From positions 1 to 64,000 of the forward strand of contig JBDIWC010000013.1 in assembly GCA_039794085.1 (NCBI GenBank): 64,000 nt of DNA, written 5' to 3'. The stretch's first letter is position 1. Every line of letters starts with the position of its first letter. The notes beneath the pieces were generated by a model. That model was not told the origin of the DNA and ran no database searches. It saw nothing but the letters and a program-made list of their open reading frames with translations. The stretch is from Gemmatimonadales bacterium (GTDB lineage: Bacteria > Gemmatimonadota > Gemmatimonadetes > Gemmatimonadales > GWC2-71-9). Positions 19,820 through 29,006 of the stretch are shown piece after piece. Made by a program: the position numbers and the translations under genes.

Positions 19820-20140
19820 CGCCGCATCGGTCAGAAGTTCCTCATGCGAGGGGAATGGCTCGGCTCTCGGATGACTCCGCCCATACTTTCGCATCAACTG
19901 CCGCATCTCGGGCGTGGCCGACGACCCGCCAGCCCAGGTCTCCAGAACGGCGTCAAAGTCCGACTCGTCAATTGCTCGATCGGGCCCTTGCCATCGCACA
20001 ACCCTGTCAACGCCATTCGAGACGGTGGTACGACGCAATTCATCGCGCTTCGCATCTCCATACCAGAAGCCATCAGCGGCGGGGGCGAGGACCGCCGCCG
20101 CTTCGAAGATGGCGGGCGAGTACGCGCCCCCTTCATCGAT
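19820..20140 (-). pseudogene. Internal fragment of a beta-propeller-family gene
   Basis: FWYGD..DELRR..G.V.RVVRW..P.R.I and FPSHEELLTD parallel the FYVS..YEIR..RIIRR..FPPHGDLRTD region of 46888-48129. Both ends missing. Confidence 0.55.
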
Positions 20141-20663
20141 CTCCTGATACTCGAGCACCAGGAGCTCACGCCCCAGTAGAGCCAATTGAACGTCGGCGAC
20201 ATGCAGGAGGTACATCTCGACGTGTACCGTTATGGCACTATGGCCATTGGCGACCCCACGCTCGACCAGGTGATGGGCGACCACCAGCCGGTCCGTATTC
20301 GAGAGCCCGAGGACGCGGCTGCTGCCAGCCAGGGGTGCGACGACGACAGGCGTCGCGTCAGGGCGTGGGGGCTGAGGCACCGCGGGGGGCTCCCCCGCCC
20401 CGGGGCACGTCTCGCCCGCGGGTTGGTTGAGGACTTCTCGTGAACCGGAGACAGGACCTCGTCTGACGCGGTGGCGGTGACAGAGCAGCCTACGCATCCG
20501 ACCGCAGGGTCCCGGTGACTGCGAGAGCCCCGCCGATCTGAGCGTCCGCTCAAGATCGGGCTCGGCGGGCTGCGCCAGCAGAGGGATACGAATCGTCGGG
20601 GGTGGAACGCAATCCCCGACGTGGTGGAACAAGCCTCGAAGGGCAGCGCCATCCGCCCCCCCG

Positions 20664-21716
20664 TCACCCAAGCCACACGTCCCGGTGCTCCTCCACGAAT
20701 GCGTCATCTGTCAAATCAGGATACAACCCCCGCACCCGGGCGATCCCCTCCGCCTGACCCGGCGACAACCGCTCCGCCGGATCCAGGCACCACGTCCCCC
20801 GGAGCAAACCCTGACCCCGCAACACCTCGTGGATCCCCGGGATGCACCCCCGGAACCCGTGTGTCACGTCGAAGATCGCCCCGTTGGCCTCCGTGAGCCG
20901 GGCGGCCAGTGTCATGAGAGACGGGGCAATGGTCCGCCCGCGGAGGCGATGGATCCGTCGCAGCAATTCCACCGCGCGCCGAGTCCAGCAGGCCCACTGG
21001 CCCAGCAGCCCGCCCGCCATCCGGATCGTGGGCGCGTTCCCCACCTTCCACGGGGTCAGGAGATCGAGCACGATCTGATCGTCGTTCCCGGTGTAGAGCG
21101 AAACCTCCCGGGCCCGGCCGCTCTCCGCCACCGCCCGGATCACGTCGAGGGTCCGGTACCGGTCAAACGGCGCCACCTTGATCGCCACCAGCCGGTCGAT
21201 CTCCAGGAAACGCCGCCAGAAGCCAATACCCAGGGCCCGGCCCCCGACCGCCGGCTGCAGATAGAATCCGACCAGCGGGATCACCTCCGCCACCGCCGCC
21301 GCATGCCGGAGGAGCCGAGCCTCGGTCCACTCCCCAAGTCCGCCCAGGGAGAGAAGCCCCGCGTCATAGCCCAGATCCCGCGCCACGCGGGACTCGGCCA
21401 GCGCCTGCGGCGTGCCGCCACAGATGCCCGCGATCAGCACCGGCCGCCGGCGCCCCTCGGTGGCGGTGAGGGCGGCGAGTTCCAGCACCGGCCGGTAGAG
21501 ACCCACCCGGGGATCGTGGATCCCGAACTGGGTGGTGTGCACCCCGACGGCCAGTCCTCCGGCACCGGCCGCGAGGTAATAGCGGGTGAGGCCCCGCTGG
21601 TACCGCTCGTCGAGACGGCGACGCCTGGTGAGCGCCAAGGGGTGGGCCGGGATCACCTGACCCGCGGCCAGAGTCCGGCGGAGGGCAGGGAGACTCAACA
21701 CAGTGCGGGAGACCAT
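20664..21716 (-). CDS. Dihydrodipicolinate synthase-like class I aldolase
   Basis: VIPAHPLAL, GVHTTQF, FYLQPAVGG, AIKVAPF (Schiff-base K) and YTGNDD motifs. Confidence 0.9.
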   Translation of the reverse strand: MVSRTVLSLPALRRTLAAGQVIPAHPLALTRRRRLDERYQRGLTRYYLAAGAGGLAVGVHTTQFGIHDPRVGLYRPVLELAALTATEGRRRPVLIAGICGGTPQALAESRVARDLGYDAGLLSLGGLGEWTEARLLRHAAAVAEVIPLVGFYLQPAVGGRALGIGFWRRFLEIDRLVAIKVAPFDRYRTLDVIRAVAESGRAREVSLYTGNDDQIVLDLLTPWKVGNAPTIRMAGGLLGQWACWTRRAVELLRRIHRLRGRTIAPSLMTLAARLTEANGAIFDVTHGFRGCIPGIHEVLRGQGLLRGTWCLDPAERLSPGQAEGIARVRGLYPDLTDDAFVEEHRDVWLG

Positions 21717-22145
21717 TGTTGGCTCTTCAGGGTTTCGGGTGGGGTGGGGAAATGGCCACAAAAGGCACAGAAGACTTGTGGCTGGCGTTGGGGGGGGAGG
21801 GGAGCCGCTCCGGCGGAGCATGGATCCATGCCAGAACCTGAAGAATGTCATTGTTCACAAGGCGCCGTCCCGGGTGTCGTAAGGGGATGCGCCGGGATCA
21901 CGTGACCCGCGGCCAGGGTGCGGCGAAGGGCAGGGAGACTCAACACAGAGAGCCACAAAAGGCACAGAAGACACAAGAGGCGCGCCGCATCGCGCGAAGG
22001 GACCCATCGGCGATATCAGTCTTGTGCCTTTTGTGCTTCTTGCGGTTGGCTTCGGGGGGGGAGGGGAGCCGCTCCGGCGGAGCATGGATCCATGCCAGAA
22101 CCTGAAGAACCTCATTCTTCAGAACGAGCCGTCGCGGGTGTCGTA
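21646..22145. repeat. Degenerate tandem duplication, ~240-255 bp per copy
   Basis: 21646-21703 matches 21891-21947, and ~21790-21881 matches ~22054-22145. Confidence 0.9.
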
Positions 22146-23135
22146 GTGCGTCGGCTTCTCCAGCGACCGTCCCCCACCCCTCACCCACTCCGCCACCATC
22201 GTCACCATCTCGTCGAGTGAGGTCTCGAGGGGGCCGAAGAGCGCCGCAGCGGCCCGGGCATCGCTGAGGAGCGCCGTGGGCCCCTCCGTCCCCGTGAACA
22301 CCGGCGGCGTGCCGAGATGTTCGCCGAGACGCGCCGCGAGATCGCGGATCCGGAGGATGCCGGGCCCTGTCACGTTCAGGATCGTGGCCGGACTGGTGAC
22401 ATGCTCCAGGGCGCGGAGTGCGATCGCGTTGGCGTCCCGCTGCCAGATCAGATTGACATGGCCGGTGGTGAGATCGATCGGCTCCCGTGCCACGATGCGC
22501 TGGGCCAGATCGTGCAGGATCCCGTACCGGCACTCCACCGCATAGTTGAGCCGGAGGATCGCCATCGGAGTGCCCGACCGGACCGAGAGAAACTCCAGCA
22601 CCCGTTCCCGTCCCAGCGCCGACTGGGCATATTCCCCGACCGGACCGACCGGATCGCTCTCGCGGGGCGAGCCGCGGGACACCTCCCAGAAGGGGTAGAC
22701 ATTCCCGGTGGAGAAAACCACGATCCGCGAGGTGGGAAACCGCTCAGCGACATGCACCGCCGTCAGGACATTGGTGCCCCAGGTGCCGGGCTGGTCGCTC
22801 GCGGTGCCGAACTTCTGGCCGGCCATGAGGATGACGAGGGGCGCCTCGGGGAGATCGTGCACCGCCTGCCGATCGGTGAGGTCACACGCCACGGTGCGCA
22901 CCCCCGCGGCCTCCAGTTGTTCCCGGGTTTCCGGGTCGCGGAATCGGGCCACCCCCATCACTTTCCGCTCCATGCCGGCGGCATCGCTGGCTCGGCGCGC
23001 CAGGAGTGCCAGACTCGGACCCATCTTGCCCGAGGCACCCAGGACAAGGAGATCCCCGGGGAACCGGGCAAGGAAATCGATCACCGCGCCGGTGGGGCGG
23101 GAGAGTTGTTCGTCGAGGTCCGCTTCGGAGAGCAT
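22119..23135 (-). CDS. NAD-dependent epimerase/dehydratase
   Basis: LGASGKMG, AGQKFG, FSTGNVY, EYAQS and RLNYA motifs. Confidence 0.92.
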   Translation of the reverse strand: MLSEADLDEQLSRPTGAVIDFLARFPGDLLVLGASGKMGPSLALLARRASDAAGMERKVMGVARFRDPETREQLEAAGVRTVACDLTDRQAVHDLPEAPLVILMAGQKFGTASDQPGTWGTNVLTAVHVAERFPTSRIVVFSTGNVYPFWEVSRGSPRESDPVGPVGEYAQSALGRERVLEFLSVRSGTPMAILRLNYAVECRYGILHDLAQRIVAREPIDLTTGHVNLIWQRDANAIALRALEHVTSPATILNVTGPGILRIRDLAARLGEHLGTPPVFTGTEGPTALLSDARAAAALFGPLETSLDEMVTMVAEWVRGGGRSLEKPTHYDTRDGSF

Positions 23136-23375
23136 GGTCCACCACCCGTGGGGAAGACATGGAGAATTACTGCGATCCGGACCATGAGGGCAAGGTGACG
23201 CCTTCCTTTCCCCACCTCCTCCGGCGCCCGCCGGACGGCTGGGTCCTGAAGCGGAGCGGCCGCACCGGGGACGAGGTGCTGGAGGAGCTGGCGGACACGG
23301 CGGTGGCCTGGATGCGGGAACGCGTCGATTGATCCCACCTCCGTACAGCTCCGTGGGCCCTCGGGAGAAACAGCT

Positions 23376-23571
23376 GCTCACGCGAAGACGCGAAGCCGCG
23401 AAAAGGGGTGCATTGCCAGGTTCAGCGGGAACCCCATCACATCAGAAATGGGTGACCCCACCCACCGCCACCAATCATCACCAGCGGTCCCGGTGCAGAT
23501 GGTGGATCCTCCATGGTACCAGATCCTCTCGTCTTCTTCGCATCTTCGCGTCTTCGCGTCTTCGCGTGAGC
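23376..23571. repeat. Inverted pair of octamer arrays (CGCGAAGA)n ... (TCTTCGCG)n
   Basis: Arms at 23376-23402 and 23537-23571 are reverse complements. Confidence 0.85.
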
Positions 23572-23619
23572 CTTTTCCCATCTCAACGCATTATTGGATG
23601 GGCGTTTACCATGGAGAGA

Positions 23620-23648
23620 TTGACTAAGTCTATAAACTAGACTAGGCT
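23620..23648 (+). promoter_or_regulatory. Sigma70-type promoter of the TA operon with possible operator
   Basis: TTGACT-17 nt-TAGGCT; GACTAAGTC palindrome overlaps the -35; AT-rich patch. Confidence 0.6.
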
Positions 23649-23676
23649 TAAAGGGACTGAACCAAGGGAGGTTCCC

Positions 23677-23907
23677 ATGACCGACGACTTCGTCAACATC
23701 CACGACGCCAAGACCCATCTCTCCCGGCTCATCGAACGGGTCCGGCAGGGGGCCACCATCACGCTGGCCAAGGCGGGCACACCGGTGGCCCGGATCGTTC
23801 CCCTCGAACCGGCCAGCCCCCGGACCCCCGGGGGCCATGAGTTCACCCTGGGGGAGGAGTTCTTCGAGCCGCTGCCCGAGTCCGAGCTCGAGGCGTGGTC
23901 GCAGTGA
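23677..23907 (+). CDS. Phd/YefM family antitoxin
   Basis: VNIHDAKTHLSRLI and G.PVARIVP motifs; GGAGG RBS. Confidence 0.95.
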   Translation: MTDDFVNIHDAKTHLSRLIERVRQGATITLAKAGTPVARIVPLEPASPRTPGGHEFTLGEEFFEPLPESELEAWSQ

Positions 23908-24290
23908 GGATCCTGCTCGACTCGCATGCCCTCATCTGGTGGCTCTCCGATGACGTCCGACTCTCTCCCGTGGCCCGGGCGCTGATTGCCGACGTGTCGA
24001 ACACGGTGCTCGTCAGCAGCGCCTCCGCCTGGGAACTCTCCACCAAGGTGCGTCTCGGCAAACTGACGGATGCGACCCACGTCATCCCCCGTCTTCCTGA
24101 CGTTCTCCTGGAGCGCGGCATGACGGAACTGCCGGTGACGGTGGCGCACGCGGTGGAATCCGACGCGCTACCCGGCCCCCACCGCGACCCCTTCGACCGG
24201 ATGCTCATTGCCCAGAGCCGCATCGAACAGGTACCCGTGGTGACGATCGACCCCGTCTTCCAGACCTATGCCGTGGACGTCATCTGGTAG
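23904..24290 (+). CDS. vapC: PIN-domain VapC toxin
   Basis: LLDSHALIW, SAWE and HRDPFDRMLIAQ motifs; GTGA overlap with the antitoxin. Confidence 0.95.
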   Translation: MRILLDSHALIWWLSDDVRLSPVARALIADVSNTVLVSSASAWELSTKVRLGKLTDATHVIPRLPDVLLERGMTELPVTVAHAVESDALPGPHRDPFDRMLIAQSRIEQVPVVTIDPVFQTYAVDVIW

Positions 24291-24362
24291 ACACACCACT
24301 CCGAAACGGGGCGGCCGTGGGTATCTTGCGTTGACGCGACCAGCTTCACGGAAAGGCCCACG

Positions 24363-25385
24363 GTGACGACCGACAACTCAGAGAGCGAAGGCTTCGAAGC
24401 CTTCAAGAACAGCTTCTCCTACGGATCGCGCACCGATCTCAACTTCAAGTTCCTGAAGCACCTCCCCGCCGAGGAGGCCGCACGGTTCTTCCAGGATCTC
24501 CTCTGGAAGCTTGGGGAGACCCTTGACGATGCGGACGCCACCCGCCTCATCGACCATGTCCGGGAGTGGCAGGGCCGAGGTTATGGACACTTTTCGGGAT
24601 TCACCTACGACGACGGACCCTTCACGCCGTTGTCCAAGCCGCTGTCCGAGTCCTGCCTCACCCTCCTCACCTCCACGGGGCACTTCGTGGCGGGCCACGA
24701 TCCCGAGCCGTTCGGCGTGAAGGAGATGACCCAGGAGGAGGCGATCGCCCGGATCGGCGATTTCCTCAAGGCGGCCCCCGACCTCTCCCCCATTCCGTTC
24801 GACACTCCGCCCGACCAGCTCCGGGTCCGCCACGGTGGCTACGACATCCGCGGCGTCCAGGCCGATCCGGCGGTGGCCCTCCCGCTCGCCCCTCTCCGCG
24901 AATTACAGCAGGACGGCACGATCGGATCCCTCACCGACGCGGCGTACTCCTTCGTGGGGGCCACGGCCCAGACCCGGCTTCTCACCCAGAGCGGGCCCGC
25001 GTGGGTCGAGATTCTCCGGCAACAGGACGTGGACGCGGCGCTGCTGGTTCCGGTCTGACCCGTCTGTCACGTGTCGGTCGGACACGTCGCGCGGTTGCTG
25101 GAAGAGGCGGGGATCGCCACCGTGATCGTGGCGGTGGAGGCGTTCCGGCTCCGCCTGGAGTCGATGTCGGTTCCCCGGCTCCTCGTCACCCCTCATCCGA
25201 TGGGCCGGCCCCTCGGTCCTCCCGGCGACCACGCCCGGCACCGGGAAGTCCTCCGGGCGGCGCTGGGGTTGTTGGGGAGGGAGGAGAGATCGGAGACGGC
25301 CGCCTACCGCCTCCTGCCTATGATTCCCAACGCGTTCCCGGCGTACACCTTTCGTAACACGGCGTCCGGCAGGTCGAGCCCGTAG
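24363..25385 (+). CDS. GrdB/PrdB-like reductase selenoprotein, Sec at codon 232
   Basis: HGGYD, DP....P...L.EL...G.IG and DAALLVPV, then TGA (25056-25058), then PVCH.SVGHVARLLEEAGIATV and HPMGRPLG in the same frame. Confidence 0.88.
25069..25087 (+). promoter_or_regulatory. Candidate bacterial SECIS hairpin
   Basis: ACGTGTC-GGTCG-GACACGT perfect 7-bp stem beginning 11 nt after the UGA, with a G/U-containing loop. Confidence 0.7.
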
Positions 25386-26500
25386 AGCTTCCAGAAGGCG
25401 TGATAACCGCGATAGTAGTCGAAGTAATCGTCCGCCGTCTCCAGGACCCGCCAATAGTAGGGATACTCCTCCGTCTCGAAGGCATCCTTGCCGAAGAGAA
25501 TCCGGTCCTGATACCGGAGGAAGAACTCCCGCGCCGCTCGGGGTTGCCGCCCGAGGTCATACAGCACCGCGCCGATTTCGGTGTACATGTTGGGAAAGGC
25601 ATCCAGCATCCGGCCCAGGCGGGCCAGGTCGTTGGCATGCCACCCCATGTGGGCAATCACGAAGGTCGTGCGCGGGTTCCTCCGGAGGAGATTGTCCCGC
25701 TCCGTCATCAGTTCCTCAAACGCGGGAAAGCTGTCCGGCGGGTAACGGCGGCGGGGGAAGAGGGCGAGCTCGAGCCACCGTTCGTTCCGGTTGTCGATCG
25801 GCTGCCAGAACTCCTGGGGGTCGCCGGTGTGGAGGAAGACGGGGACGCCAAGCCGGGCCGCCGCCGCCCAGACTGGATCGAGATCGGGATCGTCGATCCG
25901 GAGCCGGGTGCCGTCGGCCCGGTGCGTGGTCAAGCCGAGCGACTTCCCAATTTCCCCGATCCCGACGGCCCCGGCGGCAATGTCACTCTCCAGTTGCGCC
26001 ACCGCCCGATCGGACCATCCGGGGCCCACGTTCCGGAAGTCCACACCCGACAGTACCCGGACTCGGTCGCGCATGGTCGGGGAGTTCCGCACCAGGTCGA
26101 GCACCCGCCGCAGCCGCTCTCCCGAGAGGTTTTCGGCCACCACCATCATGCCGAGGTTCAGGCTGTCCATCGAGCGGCCCAGTGCCTCCAGCGATTCCGC
26201 GGAATTGACCAGGCCCCGGGGGTGACCGTGAAAATCGATGGCGGGAAACCGGGCGCGGGGCACGGGATGCTCCGGCACGACGAGCGTGGACCGGGGGCGG
26301 TAGTCCACAATACTCGGTGGCGGGAGCACCGGTGCCTGGCAGCGATGGGGCCGGATCTCGGTGGTTCCCGGCGGACAGGGCTGACCCGGTTCGACCTGGA
26401 TTTCCGGCGGTGATCCCCCACGTCCCTCCGGAGGTCCCTGCGCCACGCCGGGTGTCGCCACCGTCAGGATAGTGCCGAGAAGCAGCGGAATGATTCGCAT
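25304..26500 (-). CDS. Secreted amidohydrolase (Amidohydro_2-like)
   Basis: IDFHGH, GIGE, LHTGDP, AHMG and RILFGKD motifs; signal peptide. Confidence 0.92.
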   Translation of the reverse strand: MRIIPLLLGTILTVATPGVAQGPPEGRGGSPPEIQVEPGQPCPPGTTEIRPHRCQAPVLPPPSIVDYRPRSTLVVPEHPVPRARFPAIDFHGHPRGLVNSAESLEALGRSMDSLNLGMMVVAENLSGERLRRVLDLVRNSPTMRDRVRVLSGVDFRNVGPGWSDRAVAQLESDIAAGAVGIGEIGKSLGLTTHRADGTRLRIDDPDLDPVWAAAARLGVPVFLHTGDPQEFWQPIDNRNERWLELALFPRRRYPPDSFPAFEELMTERDNLLRRNPRTTFVIAHMGWHANDLARLGRMLDAFPNMYTEIGAVLYDLGRQPRAAREFFLRYQDRILFGKDAFETEEYPYYWRVLETADDYFDYYRGYHAFWKLYGLDLPDAVLRKVYAGNALGIIGRRR

Positions 26501-26595
26501 GCCAGTCCCTTTCATCATGCTCGATCCCCGGGGCACACCTCCGCGGCTTCTCAGCCAAACCTACCGTGATCCCCATCGGACAGGTATCGCCGCGC

Positions 26596-27075
26596 CTACG
26601 GAGAACCCCGAAGCGTCGCTTCCGGGGTACGGCCGCATTCGCACGGAGGAGATCCCTTGTCGAAGATGACCCGCCAACGGCCGTCGGATTCCAATCGCCA
26701 GATCGAGGTGAAGGTCCCCAGCGATCTGCCGTTGGGGCCGCGGATTGGACCGGTGCTCAGCGCGAGGGTTCCCGAATCCAGCACCTCCACCGTCTCGGGG
26801 CGCCAGGAAAACGGGGCATCCCGCGCCGTGAAGAACCGCCTCCAGGCCGCGAGCACTTCGGCTTTGCCCCGCTGGATGGTCGTCGTGCCAAAGAACACAG
26901 CTTCTTCAGCAACGAGCAACGCGAATGCGGGAAAGTCGCGGGCTGCCATGGACGCGGCAAACGTGCTTTCGGCCGCGAATACCTGGCGCGCGGGATCAAC
27001 CGGGACCTGGGAGGCGGCGGGGTCAACCACTCGTATCAGGAGGAGAACCGTGATCAGTACAGTGTGAGCGCGCAT
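26596..27075 (-). CDS. NTF2-like DUF4440/YybH family protein
   Basis: AESTFA, SGTLALSTG and FTSIWR...DG.WRVIFDKG motifs. Confidence 0.9.
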   Translation of the reverse strand: MRAHTVLITVLLLIRVVDPAASQVPVDPARQVFAAESTFAASMAARDFPAFALLVAEEAVFFGTTTIQRGKAEVLAAWRRFFTARDAPFSWRPETVEVLDSGTLALSTGPIRGPNGRSLGTFTSIWRLESDGRWRVIFDKGSPPCECGRTPEATLRGSP

Positions 27076-27239
27076 ATCACCCCCCCTTCCGTGCGGTTCT
27101 GGGCAGTGCAATATCGGTTGGGCCGGCAATGTATCCCCACGATCGGGCGGGTACAAGACGACTTCATCAAGACATGAAGCACGCGATCTCCACACGAGCG
27201 ACGCTCGGCGACACTGCCCCTCGGTCCTCCCGGACGAAA

Positions 27240-28058
27240 TTAGTGCGGTGCGGGGAGTTCCTCGTGCGACTGAACGTCCTTGATGAACGCATTGATCCGG
27301 CGAGCATCGCTCTCGCTCGACGAGATCATCCCGGGACCGGACAACCGGATCACTCGTGACCCGTTACGGCCGGTCACGAAGTGAACCTCCACACCGCTCA
27401 TGCTGAGCCCGGCGAGGTGCTCGCTGATGCGGCGCTCGACCGTGCTCTCGGGGACAGGAGCGCTGAACTCCAGCTCCATCGCAACCAGAGCAGCCTGAAT
27501 CGCCGGCCGCCGGACTCTTTCCTGGACGGGCTCCTGCACCACGGAGATCACGCCCTTAACCCCGGAAAGCACCCGGGCCCGAGCCTCGGCCTGCCGCGCG
27601 TCCGAGTGCGGCAGGACCAGAGCGAACTTCGAGGTCGGCGTGATGATCTTACGACCGTCCACGACCGCCTCGCCCGATTCGACGTACGCTTCCACCGTTT
27701 CGGTCCCGTCGGGATGCTTCCACGTCACCTCACCGAGCACGGTGAGGTGCTCCGGGTTGACCCATGGTATCCCTGCCAGCGTGGTGCGCGCGGTGGCTGG
27801 AGGCTCGGCGATCCGGCCGGAAATAATGTAAGCGAGCGTCTCCTCCTGAGCGACGGGAACGCTGCACGCAGCAGCCAGCACCAGTACTCCGGTCACGAAG
27901 CGAAGGGGGTGATGGAACAGCGATCGGGCAAAGCGTGGCGGTTGCACCCGCCGCTCCGCCCGCTGGCTATGCATGGCCTGATCGAGCCAGGCGCGCACGA
28001 GCGGGAATGAATCCACCGCAGGAATCGCACGGAGCGCATCGAAGTGCGGGGAAAGCAT
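27240..28058 (-). CDS. Hypothetical membrane protein, possible anti-sigma factor
   Basis: Directly follows an ECF sigma; single TM segment ending AACSVPV. Alternative start at 28106. Confidence 0.65.
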   Translation of the reverse strand: MLSPHFDALRAIPAVDSFPLVRAWLDQAMHSQRAERRVQPPRFARSLFHHPLRFVTGVLVLAAACSVPVAQEETLAYIISGRIAEPPATARTTLAGIPWVNPEHLTVLGEVTWKHPDGTETVEAYVESGEAVVDGRKIITPTSKFALVLPHSDARQAEARARVLSGVKGVISVVQEPVQERVRRPAIQAALVAMELEFSAPVPESTVERRISEHLAGLSMSGVEVHFVTGRNGSRVIRLSGPGMISSSESDARRINAFIKDVQSHEELPAPH

Positions 28059-28071
28059 GGCGTCACCCCGC

Positions 28072-28659
28072 TCAGCACTCGTTGTTGATGGCGTCGAGGG
28101 TCTCATGATCCAGGGTCCTGTGGAGAGTTGAAAGATGAGCGTCCGGGTCCTGAACCCGGAGCATCGGCGGTCTGAGTAGGAGTTTTCTCAGCCGCGAGCG
28201 AGCCCGGCTGAGGCGGCTCTTCACGGCTGAGAGCGTCCTCTCTCCTTGAATTGCGGCGATCTCCTCGATCGAGAAGCCACCGAGTTCGAAGAGCAGAACC
28301 GCCGCACGCTCTCTTGGTGAGAGCGCGGCGAGCGCCGCGAGGAGCCAGAGCCGTTCTTCGCACCAGTCCGGGCGGTGAAACACTTCTGGGAACGGCTCCC
28401 CAGAGCGCTCCATCGGGACCAGACGCTTCCAGAAGCCACGTCGCGCGGCCGTGTGGAAGGTGCGGGTGAGGATCTGGAAGAGCCACGGACGGAATCGGGC
28501 AGGGTCCTGAAGCCGGTCGTACCCGTGAAGGGCTTTGAGGAGGGCGTCGTGTAGAACGTCCTCGGCCTCGGAAGGCGACCACCCGGCGCACAGCGCCCGA
28601 CAGTATCGTAGCGCGTCGGCGTAGCAGGGTTCGAGCGCGTCGGAGAAGGAGTTGGTCAT
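28072..28659 (-). CDS. ECF RNA polymerase sigma factor
   Basis: AEDVLHDA, FRPWLFQI, LSPRERA and SAVKSRLSRAR motifs. Confidence 0.92.
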   Translation of the reverse strand: MTNSFSDALEPCYADALRYCRALCAGWSPSEAEDVLHDALLKALHGYDRLQDPARFRPWLFQILTRTFHTAARRGFWKRLVPMERSGEPFPEVFHRPDWCEERLWLLAALAALSPRERAAVLLFELGGFSIEEIAAIQGERTLSAVKSRLSRARSRLRKLLLRPPMLRVQDPDAHLSTLHRTLDHETLDAINNEC

Positions 28660-29006
28660 GGAATCTGCCCAAGACAGCGGTTGCTGACCGGCGTCAAAGA
28701 TAAGACGCGAAACGGGACGGAAAAGTCGCACGCGTACCGCGGACCAAGGCGGGGCCCCTCCCTCCGCTGGGCCAACCCTCGGAACGTCCGGTTCGGACCG
28801 ACGAACGCAGGAGCCGCGGAGTACGGGACCATCTCCAGAATGGAATGACCGTCCAGGAGAAGATGGGCAATGTCGTCGCTGAACAGGAAATACACAGTTT
28901 TGGTAGATCGCGGGAGATGATCAGGTCTCTTGCACCCCGGATCTGGCCCTGATCTGGTTCAGGCAGTATCATCAGTTGTAAGTTACCCAACAAAAAAGGC
29001 CCGCTG

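Noticed and set aside
23140..23332. Protein-like tail EELADTAVAWMRERVD
   Set aside because: May be a hydrolase 3' remnant but is too short to support a call.
25071..25385. Separate 104-aa gene, or nonsense pseudogene
   Set aside because: In frame with the upstream ORF across a TGA at the family's UxxC site, followed by a hairpin; Sec recoding explains it better.
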